DNA from: a virus
Lineage: Duplodnaviria; Heunggongvirae; Uroviricota; Caudoviricetes
IMG/VR virus record: IMGVR_UViG_3300009856_000010
Span: 64,001 to 83,155 of that record
Length of the DNA stretch: 19,155 nt
Strand: one strand, 5' to 3'
Below, piece after piece: positions 1 to 8,395 of the stretch. Within the stretch, counting starts at the first letter, position 1; each line of letters begins with the position of its first letter. A model generated the notes under the pieces. That model worked only from the letters and a program-made list of their open reading frames with translations, had not been told where the DNA came from and searched no databases. The position numbers and the translations under genes are program-made.

Positions 1-222
1 TTTTACATCAGAATCTTTTTCTATGCAAAACGGACAATGAGCATTACATTTATCTGTAATCTTTAGGTGAATATGTTTCATCCAATAGTCGTCCTGAATA
101 AGATATTCTTTCCCAAATAAGATTATAGGCGTATTGTAGCTACTCTCGTTTGTTTCAAGAATAGGTCTGTATTGATATTCTTCGATGTTAGTTATGGTTT
201 TTATCATAATGTAATTCTTCAT
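1..222 (-). CDS. Radical SAM protein, N-terminal part (runs off the left edge; absent from the ORF track)
   Basis: Manual translation from ATG 222 (or 207): MKNYIMIKTITNIEEYQYRPILETNESSYNTPIILFGKEYLIQDDYWMKHIHLKITDKCNAHCPFCIEKDSDVK..., open to position 1. Contains the CxxxCxxC motif (CNAHCPFC) after a beta-strand-like HIHLKIT. Starts 6 bp after the stop of 229..414. Confidence 0.8.
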   Translation of the reverse strand, partial: MKNYIMIKTITNIEEYQYRPILETNESSYNTPIILFGKEYLIQDDYWMKHIHLKITDKCNAHCPFCIEKDSDVK

Positions 223-228
223 TTTGAG

Positions 229-414
229 TTATTCTTTGGCATTGCAATCACACGTAGTAGATAGATTAAAACCATCATCAGAGAAAGCTATTCCATACTT
301 TTCTTCCATATAAAACTGTAAGTGCATAGGGTCTAAATTATTCTCCATAATGAACTTATCAATGAGTTCATTGCTTTCCTTGAAAGGGGTATCCTTAAAT
401 TCTGTAGTTTCCAT
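229..414 (-). CDS. Hypothetical protein (61 aa)
   Basis: Fits the tightly packed minus-strand run; no recognisable motif. Confidence 0.6.
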   Translation of the reverse strand: METTEFKDTPFKESNELIDKFIMENNLDPMHLQFYMEEKYGIAFSDDGFNLSTTCDCNAKE

Positions 415-429
415 AATCTGTTATCTAAT

Positions 430-738
430 TTATGGGTTATTACTTAGTTTCTTATTATCATACTCATTTACTAACTCTCTATAAACTTCAATACCTTCCC
501 GATCAATAAATGATTTAACAGTATCTCCATGCGCTCTAATCCAAGAATTAACAGTCATATTAGATAATTCTCGTTCTCGATAACATTCAGGTGAATCAGG
601 ATCATAAGAACAGTATTTTTGGTTTGGACTATTTGGTAGAAATTTTTCGCCACAGAATTTGCATACTGGATAATTAAGCGGCCCTATTTTAGAAGCAAAC
701 CAATCTGCATAACTATCATAATAATCTCTCCAACTCAT
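430..738 (-). CDS. Hypothetical protein with a putative zinc-binding knuckle
   Basis: CKFCGEKFLPNSPNQKYCS...C pattern, typical of small phage Zn-finger proteins. Confidence 0.65.
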   Translation of the reverse strand: MSWRDYYDSYADWFASKIGPLNYPVCKFCGEKFLPNSPNQKYCSYDPDSPECYRERELSNMTVNSWIRAHGDTVKSFIDREGIEVYRELVNEYDNKKLSNNP

Positions 739-770
739 TTATATCTTTAGCTCCTTTCCATACCGGCTAC

Positions 771-1145
771 TTATTGCTGCTTCCAAACCCTTATAGCCGC
801 TTTCATTCGCTCTTCCCATTTGTCCTTTTTATAGCGAATTTCAGACGGATAACTTTCATAAGGAATTTTCTCACCAAACCGCCATGAATTTCCGTTTTTT
901 TCTTCACTCGAATAGGTTTGAACGAAAAACCCAGCTTCGCGATTAAGAAACATTTTCTTATCTCGTTCAATCTCATATATATCGTAGATATTTCCGCGTC
1001 TGAATCTCACACCTTCGATTATTATTATCTCATCTTCAGGGGATTGTTCTTCCCAGAGCACTGTGCCAGTATCAGAGTTTACCAATTGCCAATGGGAGTG
1101 CTCTCCATTGTCGGTATATTTTTCAACGATTGTAGGCTTATTCAT
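771..1145 (-). CDS. Hypothetical phage protein (124 aa)
   Basis: Co-directional operon position, AT-rich start context; no motif recognised. Confidence 0.6.
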   Translation of the reverse strand: MNKPTIVEKYTDNGEHSHWQLVNSDTGTVLWEEQSPEDEIIIIEGVRFRRGNIYDIYEIERDKKMFLNREAGFFVQTYSSEEKNGNSWRFGEKIPYESYPSEIRYKKDKWEERMKAAIRVWKQQ

Positions 1146-1226
1146 AATTTATTTTGTTTATTAACCCAATTGATAAAGGCAATTACAGCCTTAAATGTAG
1201 ATTCTATCTTATTCTTATTTCTACAG

Positions 1227-1613
1227 TCATAATTCCAAACGAGCGATGACGGAAGAGTGAGGAATACTATAATTATCCAACACTTGTTTCATGGCGTAGT
1301 ACAATTTATCAATATGCGGAGTTACATGCTCGGAGAAAATATCATTACCTTCGGCAAAGTAATCGGACCTCTCCCTTAGAATCTCTTTATTTAGTAGGTC
1401 CTCATACCGGTGTCGTTCGGCTTTGCACTTGTTTAACACCTGTTTGGTTTTGTGCCGGCATAAAGGGGATTTCTCCAACAGCGAGGTTGCATCTATGAGT
1501 AATCCACAAACGATATCGTTGGTAAACAGTATGCTATACGTACACACCAGTACCAGGTTCTCGTACTTAGTCACAAGTTCCATCTGTTTGGCATGTTCTT
1601 TATCTATATTCAT
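1227..1613 (-). CDS. Hypothetical protein (128 aa)
   Basis: Co-directional operon position; no motif recognised. Confidence 0.6.
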   Translation of the reverse strand: MNIDKEHAKQMELVTKYENLVLVCTYSILFTNDIVCGLLIDATSLLEKSPLCRHKTKQVLNKCKAERHRYEDLLNKEILRERSDYFAEGNDIFSEHVTPHIDKLYYAMKQVLDNYSIPHSSVIARLEL

Positions 1614-1625
1614 GGTTGGTCAATT

Positions 1626-2144
1626 TTATGGTTTTACAGAACGTACAATATCTTCGTAGGGCATCATAGCAAATTCGCCTTTGGCGTAAGTACCCACCAC
1701 TATCACTTCACTCTTTGGGGTTATTACGGTTCCGGAAGCTATAAAAAACTCAAAGGATCCAATTTCAGGGGCGGAAATATCATCAACGTTTACCGAAGAA
1801 CGAGCGTTGTCTCGTATCTCGCGAATTTCTTCTTTGGTAAGAACAGCATATTTCTTTCGGGCATTACGTACGGCTTTAGCTTCTACATCCTTGAAGTATC
1901 TGTTCCGTAATTCCTCTCTCACTTTATACTCAAACCAAGGGCGTACTATATTCAGAAAACCAGTCCATTTTTTTTCTTTTGCCATGTAGAGAGATGCCAA
2001 TGTTGCACTGAAAAAAACACGGGAAGAACTGATATTAATACTTATCATCCCGCTTTTTGCCATCTGGTCTAAACTTGCATATTTGCTCGCTAAAGATTCT
2101 AACCCTTTTTGCCTTTTCTTCTTTTTTCTGTTGAATATGTCCAT
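1626..2144 (-). CDS. Hypothetical protein (172 aa)
   Basis: Short gaps to neighbours (10-12 bp); basic N-terminus; no motif recognised. Confidence 0.65.
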   Translation of the reverse strand: MDIFNRKKKKRQKGLESLASKYASLDQMAKSGMISINISSSRVFFSATLASLYMAKEKKWTGFLNIVRPWFEYKVREELRNRYFKDVEAKAVRNARKKYAVLTKEEIREIRDNARSSVNVDDISAPEIGSFEFFIASGTVITPKSEVIVVGTYAKGEFAMMPYEDIVRSVKP

Positions 2145-2154
2145 ATTGCCATGT

Positions 2155-2688
2155 TTATAGTTGGTGATAGTCTTCGGGATTTACACAAAAATCTTTAGCT
2201 ATAAGGTGTTCTATTATCAATTCGGTAAACCACCACCCGTTAAACTTTTGCGGTACAGTTATAATGGCGACAGAACCCATATTCAAAGCTTTTAGGTCCT
2301 TGTTTCCATTCTTAACCTTATCGTTTTTCATGTAAGCCAATAATGACTGTGCTAGTTCCTGGCCTTCTGCTTTCGCATCTGCCGCCGCCACTTCGTTGAT
2401 GATTCCTTGACTTAAATCAGCCGCCTCTTGGCGAACAGCAAAGAAAATACGATGTGTATAAACCATCTTTCCCCCGGTATCATTTGATGCGCTTCCATCC
2501 ATTTGAGTAACCACGCATAAACTGGGTGATTTAGCCCTAGTTAAGTTTACTGCAAACTCTTCCAACCGATGGATACTATCCATACGGTAGAACGATTTAT
2601 TTTTACTGCCTTGCGCAGGATCATGGCTTAGGGGCTTAAATATCTGTGCCCATCTTTCGAGATAATTGTCTATTCTGAAAATGCTCAT
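2155..2688 (-). CDS. Hypothetical phage protein, possibly tail-completion/terminator-like
   Basis: The ORF is well supported by operon packing. The functional guess rests only on size and a strand-strand-helix-strand pattern recalling Bacteroides prophage virion proteins; unverified. Confidence 0.4.
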   Translation of the reverse strand: MSIFRIDNYLERWAQIFKPLSHDPAQGSKNKSFYRMDSIHRLEEFAVNLTRAKSPSLCVVTQMDGSASNDTGGKMVYTHRIFFAVRQEAADLSQGIINEVAAADAKAEGQELAQSLLAYMKNDKVKNGNKDLKALNMGSVAIITVPQKFNGWWFTELIIEHLIAKDFCVNPEDYHQL

Positions 2689-2704
2689 AATAGTTATATT
2701 ATAA

Positions 2705-3055
2705 TTAAACCTTATTATTCAACTCCAATTTACATACGACCTCCAACTCACGCATTTTCTTTTCCAATGCGACTTTATGCTCATCCATAACGGATATAGC
2801 CAGTTCAGGGGAAATTGAGAAGATACGCACAGAAGAAGAAATTCCATCGGGAACACCGAGCTGCATTCCTTTACCGTATTTCCCAAATGTGTTCTCTTTC
2901 TCTGGTATCGGATGCTCTTTTTCTCTATTTTTTTCTCGCTCACGTACTTTATTAACTTCATCTACCATCTCCGATTTCAGTTTTTCTATTTCTTCCAACT
3001 GCTGGTAAGTGTTGTAGACGTCTCTTGCTGTTTCTTTTGATATCATATTATGCAA
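2705..3055 (-). CDS. Hypothetical protein, coiled-coil rich (116 aa)
   Basis: Start directly abuts the stop of 3056..3514; E/K-rich helical segments. Confidence 0.65.
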   Translation of the reverse strand: MHNMISKETARDVYNTYQQLEEIEKLKSEMVDEVNKVREREKNREKEHPIPEKENTFGKYGKGMQLGVPDGISSSVRIFSISPELAISVMDEHKVALEKKMRELEVVCKLELNNKV

Positions 3056-3514
3056 TTAAAAGTTAATACCCTGCTCCTTACGTGCCTTATCTGTCTCTAT
3101 TTTGAACATTTCTTTATCTTTCTCCCTGATTCTATCCAGTAACTCTTCCATATTTTCTGCGTAAGTATAGAAAATATAAGAAGAGCAACTATTTGAACAT
3201 GATCGGAAACGGCCATCTTCAGCGAAAGAAAACTTTTGTGGAATATTGAAATAGCACTCAGCTATAAATCCAAACTTATCGTGGTCATGTAGCAAACACC
3301 CAAAATCGCCTTCATACGATTGATATGTCTTTTCAGATAAAGAAGGAATCAACTTCTGAAAATCAATATACTCCATATCATCTAACATATCTGCCAATTC
3401 GCTATGTTCGGACATAGAAGCAATATGAAATAACTTATTTATACTTGTCATACATTCGCTTTGTAAAGCATGACCTTTTTTAGTTAATGTATCCATGATT
3501 ATTGAGTTGTTCAT
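3056..3514 (-). CDS. Hypothetical protein (152 aa)
   Basis: Operon packing; no motif recognised. Confidence 0.6.
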   Translation of the reverse strand: MNNSIIMDTLTKKGHALQSECMTSINKLFHIASMSEHSELADMLDDMEYIDFQKLIPSLSEKTYQSYEGDFGCLLHDHDKFGFIAECYFNIPQKFSFAEDGRFRSCSNSCSSYIFYTYAENMEELLDRIREKDKEMFKIETDKARKEQGINF

Positions 3515-3541
3515 TAATTATTTCATATCTTATTAACTTTA

Positions 3542-4420
3542 TTACCCCCTTGCATAAGTAATCCCATACTGCTGGCAGAGATAAAAGAAAGTACCAATAT
3601 TCACCATCGAGGTATTCTTTAAACACTCAGTAAATTTTTCATCCGTCTCTTCGACCGAGTAAGCCGGATTCATACTGCTACAAAGGTGAAACCAGTACCG
3701 CCCATCTTCGCCCAGACTGGATAATGCACTACCCACCGTAAACCAATCAGCATAACTGCCTGTAATATCTATTCGATGCGCGCGGATCATCTCACAACAA
3801 CGGATTACTTTTTTCAAATCCCAACTGTCATTCTGGTAAGTCGGTTTATAGCTATCCGGCATCTTTTCCACGTGCAAACCTTCATACAGGGTTGCATCTA
3901 CATTTATATAAGGTGTTTCCTCGAATGAGACGCAGCGCAACCGGCAAACGTCTCCGCAGGCTTTGTCAAGGTTGATGCCAATAGCTGAGTAATCTGCCAA
4001 TAGCTGGCGAAAATGCTGTTTATGATATTCCGGATGTGCTAACCGTATTAGGGCGAAATAGCCGGTACCACTAACCGAATGTGCCAGGTAAGCAATCTCC
4101 GGACGGCTTTCGAGAATAGGGCGAACCTGTTCTATATCCGAAAAATGTTTGTTGTCTTTACTGTCAATATCAATACAGATGAATCCCGAATGCTGGGCCA
4201 GATTAATCGCACTTCGTGTAGGTTGAAATACCCCGCTTATGGTAGCCAAAGGGAGCTTTACCTTTTCGGCATCGCGTTCCTTTTTGGTAGGCAAAGAACG
4301 GATATACCCTACCCTATCCTTATGCTTTTGGCTATTCAGGAAGCTGGTAAGCAGGGTTACACTCCCCTCTGTGTCCATGGCGTTGCGGTAAATACTGATA
4401 TATTGATTAAATATCTCCAT
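3542..4420 (-). CDS. BT4734/VirE N-terminal-like domain plus PriCT-2 (primase C-terminal 2) domain protein
   Basis: KxKLPxATISG..HSGFICIDID..SVSGTG..DKACGDVCRLRCVS matches the Bacteroidetes VirE-N/BT4734-like primase-related domain. DITGSYADWFTVGSALSSLGEDGRYWFHLCS..Y..ETDEKF..IGTFFYLC matches PriCT-2. Confidence 0.8.
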   Translation of the reverse strand: MEIFNQYISIYRNAMDTEGSVTLLTSFLNSQKHKDRVGYIRSLPTKKERDAEKVKLPLATISGVFQPTRSAINLAQHSGFICIDIDSKDNKHFSDIEQVRPILESRPEIAYLAHSVSGTGYFALIRLAHPEYHKQHFRQLLADYSAIGINLDKACGDVCRLRCVSFEETPYINVDATLYEGLHVEKMPDSYKPTYQNDSWDLKKVIRCCEMIRAHRIDITGSYADWFTVGSALSSLGEDGRYWFHLCSSMNPAYSVEETDEKFTECLKNTSMVNIGTFFYLCQQYGITYARG

Positions 4421-4427
4421 ACACCGG

Positions 4428-4655
4428 TTATTTATAGTTTCTCATTTTCCGGTCTGAGGAAACCAATGCGCTATAGTACAATTGTATTTCTTCCTCTGTT
4501 TCAAGAAAATCAACGGCGGCAGTAGCGCGGGCAGCCCAGTCGGAAGAGAGTTTCATTACCGACTTTCGGTTTTTTAGTGTGGCAGCCTTGTTTCGTTTTA
4601 GTTCTGCTATTTTGGCTACATGTTGATGCGTAATTTCTTTCGCGGTTGTTTTCAT
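4428..4655 (-). CDS. Hypothetical protein (75 aa)
   Basis: 1-7 bp gaps to neighbours. Confidence 0.6.
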   Translation of the reverse strand: MKTTAKEITHQHVAKIAELKRNKAATLKNRKSVMKLSSDWAARATAAVDFLETEEEIQLYYSALVSSDRKMRNYK

Positions 4656-4656
4656 A

Positions 4657-5274
4657 TTATTTCTGTTTTTTCATTTTAGTAACCGCTTTCCGAAATTCAC
4701 TTTTATCTATGGGTTCTATCCCATCTTTCAAAACTTCGTGTTTCGTCTGTACATATACATACCCGCCATGCTCCAACATGCCCGGGCGCGTATCGCTATC
4801 CTTTATGCCCAACACATGCGAAACGGTGCCCAGTGGAACAATCGGCAAGGCCTGTATACGTTTATACAGTTGTACCGCTTTTCGGGATCCGGAGATGGAC
4901 ATCACTGCCAGACATTTACCCTTACCCGGCAAAACAACTTCTTGCCTGGAAACTATTTTCCCATAAGATCCTCGCAAGGTTTCGGCCTGTTTCACAGGCA
5001 GGTACTCCGGCTTGAGTTCGACTTTAGGAGCATACGAGCGCAGTCCCTCTTCGTTATGAATAAGTTCCCAAAGTTTGGCGCTTGGCTGGTAGTCGCCATC
5101 AAACTCTACAACATCAATTCCACCAAAATCGGCTTCGGGGGATATGAGATAAGACACCGCTTGAAGACTTTGCGCCAATTTATTGGCTTCGTCATCACAC
5201 CGCCGACCTTCAGCGAATAAATCGCTTAACTTTTTCCCTATGGGGACATTGATTGATACTTTATAATAATTCAT
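4657..5274 (-). CDS. Hypothetical protein (205 aa), first gene of the left operon
   Basis: Follows a TAnnTTTG promoter and leader hairpin; A-rich start context. Confidence 0.7.
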   Translation of the reverse strand: MNYYKVSINVPIGKKLSDLFAEGRRCDDEANKLAQSLQAVSYLISPEADFGGIDVVEFDGDYQPSAKLWELIHNEEGLRSYAPKVELKPEYLPVKQAETLRGSYGKIVSRQEVVLPGKGKCLAVMSISGSRKAVQLYKRIQALPIVPLGTVSHVLGIKDSDTRPGMLEHGGYVYVQTKHEVLKDGIEPIDKSEFRKAVTKMKKQK

Positions 5275-5362
5275 TCTTTTTGTTTTTAACTAAATAGGGG
5301 ATCACCACGCCAGGCTACTCCCCTATCCCACTACTCTACTTGTCACATTAAAATTAATACTG

Positions 5363-5370
5363 CAAAAATA
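5363..5370 (-). promoter_or_regulatory. Bacteroidetes sigma-A -7 element for the left operon
   Basis: TATTTTTG on the minus strand matches TAnnTTTG, about 90 bp before ATG 5274. No clear -33 TTTG. Confidence 0.55.
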
Positions 5371-5456
5371 CGTATAATGATATATTAAAGTAACTATAAT
5401 AATATGCTAAATAACATATTTAATCTATTCTATAACATTTATTATGTATTATAGCT

Positions 5457-5464
5457 TATTTTTG
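5457..5464 (+). promoter_or_regulatory. Bacteroidetes sigma-A -7 element for 5485..5799 (divergent)
   Basis: TATTTTTG 20 bp before ATG 5485, in a very AT-rich divergent intergenic region. Confidence 0.55.
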
Positions 5465-5484
5465 TACGTATAATAGATTTTGTT

Positions 5485-5799
5485 ATGCCCGATAAAAAAG
5501 AAGAAAGTAAGGGAGTAGACATTTTAGATTTTGTCATCCCGCAGAAAGTAGAAGCGTTTTGCAATAGTTATGTTCCGGAAAATGATGAGACTTTGGCCGG
5601 TGAAGTGTTTACAGACACCAAACTCCGAAAGTATTTCCAGGCATACCCGCGAAACGTGGGAGATCCGCTGGTTTGGTATATAAATGAATTGGGAAACAAG
5701 GGTTTTACAATGCAGACAAGCATCATGGGAGAACCGGCGATATTTGTCCGGTTGATGGAAAGTGTGTCAAACGGATTGTTGGATGAAGCATTTGGATAA
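5485..5799 (+). CDS. Hypothetical protein (104 aa)
   Basis: Only plus-strand gene in this region; has its own promoter element and a downstream hairpin. Confidence 0.7.
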   Translation: MPDKKEESKGVDILDFVIPQKVEAFCNSYVPENDETLAGEVFTDTKLRKYFQAYPRNVGDPLVWYINELGNKGFTMQTSIMGEPAIFVRLMESVSNGLLDEAFG

Positions 5800-5829
5800 A
5801 AAAAGTTCCGCTTTTTTGGCGGAACCTTT
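5798..5829. terminator. Hairpin between convergent genes, also an iteron copy
   Basis: GTTCCGC (5805-5811) / GCGGAAC (5819-5825) stem with a 7-nt loop. The A7 tract on the left gives a U tract for the minus-strand rep transcript. Confidence 0.6.
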
Positions 5830-5836
5830 ACTTTGA

Positions 5837-7285
5837 TTATTTGGTAATATTATACATCAGCTTCACCCCTACCCCATATACATCATAAAGAACTGTCTTT
5901 ATAGTGTCTAAGTGGTACATTTCAAGGTATTCATAAAAGAACTGACTGGGAACACCAATCGTCACCGTGTTATCTTTATATCCCCGATGAATTAAAGGTT
6001 CAAACCAAACCTTATAGATAGACTCTTCAATCTTTTCTTTAATAGTTCCTAAGAATCGTTCCCACTTTTCATTTTCTTCGGTCGAATACACTTCTATATG
6101 TTCCGCTTTTATGGCACTTTTGGGTTTTGCCTTTTCAGATACATCGGCGGATTGCACAATTTTAATTTGTTCTTCCACTTTGGCCTGTTGTTCGGCATCC
6201 AAATCGTCCAACTTCCGTATGCAGCAAGTATATGCCCATGCGCGAAGGTCTTTTACTTTATCGCCTTGCTGAGAAACTTTTGTGTTCAATTCGGTAAGGA
6301 AAGTATCAAAATCATCAATAACATTCTCGTCCAACCGCTTTATGATGGCATTAATATTCGACGCAGTTTGCGCAAAGTTACTTTTCAGAAACTCCTGCAT
6401 CTTAATCTTCCGGGAAACAAAGCCCTGAATATTGGCCGCCTCTTTGCCGGCTTTCGATTGGATGATGATAAACTTCAAGGCTTCGGGTTCTCCCCGCTTT
6501 TTACCGTTCTTGTATACACGCTCAACCTCAAAATAGCAATCGGTTTCGCCGGTTTCGGCTTTAGTGCAAAGCTCTACCCGGGCATCTTCTATCACATTAG
6601 AGTAAAAAGCGCGCCAACGGGTATAAGCATCTTCCAAACGAAGCATTTTGCGCAATTCGGTAATTTTAATAGGCGGCGTGGCTCCTTGCGATTTCCATGC
6701 CGATATAAAAATATAGAGTCGCTGTACATATTTGTTTCGGGTGGAGAATACAACGTCTTTCAAGTATCGGTGTATCCCCATTGATTTAACATCCAGCAAC
6801 CGTAAAGCAATATCTTTTTTTATCTTGATATTTACAGAATTGGCATATCTTTCTTCAGGTATATACACCTCACAAAGTCCGGTATAGCGTTTGTAATCCC
6901 GCCCGTTCTTGTCTTTAACCGGTACTTCAATGCCAACAGTATGCAGCATACTCAACGATTCTTTGAGTTCCTTATATCGCCGTGGATCCGCTCCAAATTC
7001 TTTTAATGGAATTTTGAGCATAATTTCATTCTTCGAGACCTCTTCTTCTCCAAAATCCTGATTGGTAAAAAGCGGCAGCTGCTCCGGCGAACATACATTG
7101 TTTACCACCTGCATGAGCGAATCTTGCAGTTTCTCTATGATAAGCGAGAAAGTACGCCCCTGCGAGGTATTGAAATCGTATCTGGCGTATGCTACAGCTA
7201 CTGGCTGCGACAACCACGTTTGTTCGTTTATCGGGATGATATCCTTAGATATGGCTTTCTTTAGTATTTTCTTAGTCCTTACCAT
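5837..7285 (-). CDS. Rep_3-family plasmid replication initiator with a C-terminal DnaA N-terminal (domain I)-like module
   Basis: Rep_3-type segments (LSQPVAVAYARYDFN, LFEVYIPE-like beta region, KYVQRLYIFISAWK, ITELRKMLRLEDAYTRWRAFYSNVIEDARVEL). The last ~75 aa (WERFLGTIKEKIEESIYKVWFEPL..TVTIGVPSQFFYEYLEMYHLDTIKTVL) match the DnaA domain I pattern. Adjacent to an iteron cluster. Confidence 0.85.
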   Translation of the reverse strand: MVRTKKILKKAISKDIIPINEQTWLSQPVAVAYARYDFNTSQGRTFSLIIEKLQDSLMQVVNNVCSPEQLPLFTNQDFGEEEVSKNEIMLKIPLKEFGADPRRYKELKESLSMLHTVGIEVPVKDKNGRDYKRYTGLCEVYIPEERYANSVNIKIKKDIALRLLDVKSMGIHRYLKDVVFSTRNKYVQRLYIFISAWKSQGATPPIKITELRKMLRLEDAYTRWRAFYSNVIEDARVELCTKAETGETDCYFEVERVYKNGKKRGEPEALKFIIIQSKAGKEAANIQGFVSRKIKMQEFLKSNFAQTASNINAIIKRLDENVIDDFDTFLTELNTKVSQQGDKVKDLRAWAYTCCIRKLDDLDAEQQAKVEEQIKIVQSADVSEKAKPKSAIKAEHIEVYSTEENEKWERFLGTIKEKIEESIYKVWFEPLIHRGYKDNTVTIGVPSQFFYEYLEMYHLDTIKTVLYDVYGVGVKLMYNITK

Positions 7286-7367
7286 AGACTTGTTTTATTG
7301 CAAAATAATAGTTTCTTTTTCTTAAAAACAACTCACTTTGTATACTTTAATATTTACCCCCCACTTT

Positions 7368-7969
7368 CGCCACCTAATAGGAACTTTTCTAAGATTAATG
7401 ATTATAGGAAGAAGAATTGTTCCGTTTTAATGGCACTTCATTTTGAATATGTTCCGCTTTTGTGGCGCTTTGAAGTATCGATCCTTATAGATCTTCCTGT
7501 TTATTGGCGAAAGTGTTCCTATTATCTGGCGGGAATCTTCCTGTTTACTGGCGAAAGAGTTCCTGTTTACTGGCGGAAATCTTCCTGTTAGGTGGCGGAA
7601 ATACGCTGTAAATGACTGTAAATAAAACATTTACATACTCCTTATATATTATATATTTCTTATAAGCCTTATAATTAAGAATAAAGATCGACCTCTTTCT
7701 TTTCTTCTCACTAATCAATACATACATGTATAAGAGATAAAACGCACCCAAACAGGAACCCTAACTAAGAACATTATATATTTAATATCGATTCGAGTAA
7801 AAAGAGTTCCGATTTTATGGCGCTTTTCATTCAAAATGGCTAAAAATGTTCCGCTTCTTTGGCGTTTCTCCTATATACGCCTTAAAAATGTTCCTGTTTG
7901 TTGGCGGAAATGTTCCGCTTTTGTGGCGCATTGAGTTTTTCTCTCGTAGAGTGTTCCAACAATTTGGCG
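7368..7969. repeat. Iteron cluster, consensus (G/C)TTCC-N7-TGGC(G/A), 13 copies
   Basis: Starts at 7368 (inverted), 7419, 7451, 7493, 7515, 7537, 7559, 7581, 7806, 7848, 7890, 7912, 7953. Five copies at exact 22-bp spacing (7493-7597); most others 41-42 bp apart (in helical phase). Confidence 0.9.
7598..7805. other. AT-rich unwinding element of the replication origin
   Basis: Very AT-rich stretch (e.g. CTTATATATTATATATTTCTTATAAGCCTTATAATTAAG) directly next to the five phased iterons and bracketed by the second iteron group. Confidence 0.7.
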
Positions 7970-7971
7970 GA

Positions 7972-8391
7972 TTAATAACCCTTCTTTTTCAGAAACTGCT
8001 CAATAGCAGTTAGCCCAAGTGACTTCAAACTCTCCCCGTCCATATCCAGTTTCATGTTCGAAAGCCGTTTGTACATCGACTTCGGCATGGCAAGATTCAA
8101 TCCGATTGTTTTCTCCACTTCGGGTTCCGCCACTTTACCGGAACTCTTCCGGGTTGTTTTTTTAGGCTTCTCCTCCCCTACTCTGCTTTCTTCCGGTTCC
8201 TTTGCTGTGTTGGTTTCTACAGCTGGCGAAAGTTCCGCTTTTGTGGCGGTTGGGGTTTCCTCTTCGACAGGTGCTGCGGGTACGGGTTGCACTACGTGTG
8301 ATACAGGCGCAGTTTCTTCCAATGCCTTTGTTATGGTTTCATCCATATAAGTTGTGGAGTTCAATGCTCTTTCTCCAAATTTCTTTGCCAT
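7972..8391 (-). CDS. Ribbon-helix-helix centromere-binding protein (type Ib ParG/ParB-like adaptor)
   Basis: Directly downstream of parA. Long P/A/E/T-rich disordered N-terminus plus a C-terminal strand-helix-helix (KTIGLNLAMPKSMYKRLSNMK..ESLKSLGLTAIEQFLKK). Confidence 0.75.
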   Translation of the reverse strand: MAKKFGERALNSTTYMDETITKALEETAPVSHVVQPVPAAPVEEETPTATKAELSPAVETNTAKEPEESRVGEEKPKKTTRKSSGKVAEPEVEKTIGLNLAMPKSMYKRLSNMKLDMDGESLKSLGLTAIEQFLKKKGY

Positions 8392-8395
8392 GGTA

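Noticed and set aside
5237-5246. CCTATGGGGA resembling one end of the 26-bp motif
   Set aside because: Only 10 bp, opposite orientation, inside a CDS; the long arm is absent.
7493-7597. 22-bp tandem repeats as a mini-CRISPR or toxin-antitoxin RNA repeat
   Set aside because: No unique spacers; position between rep and an AT-rich tract fits iterons.
7298-7751. ORFs across the origin
   Set aside because: Translations simply reflect iterons and AT-rich DNA.
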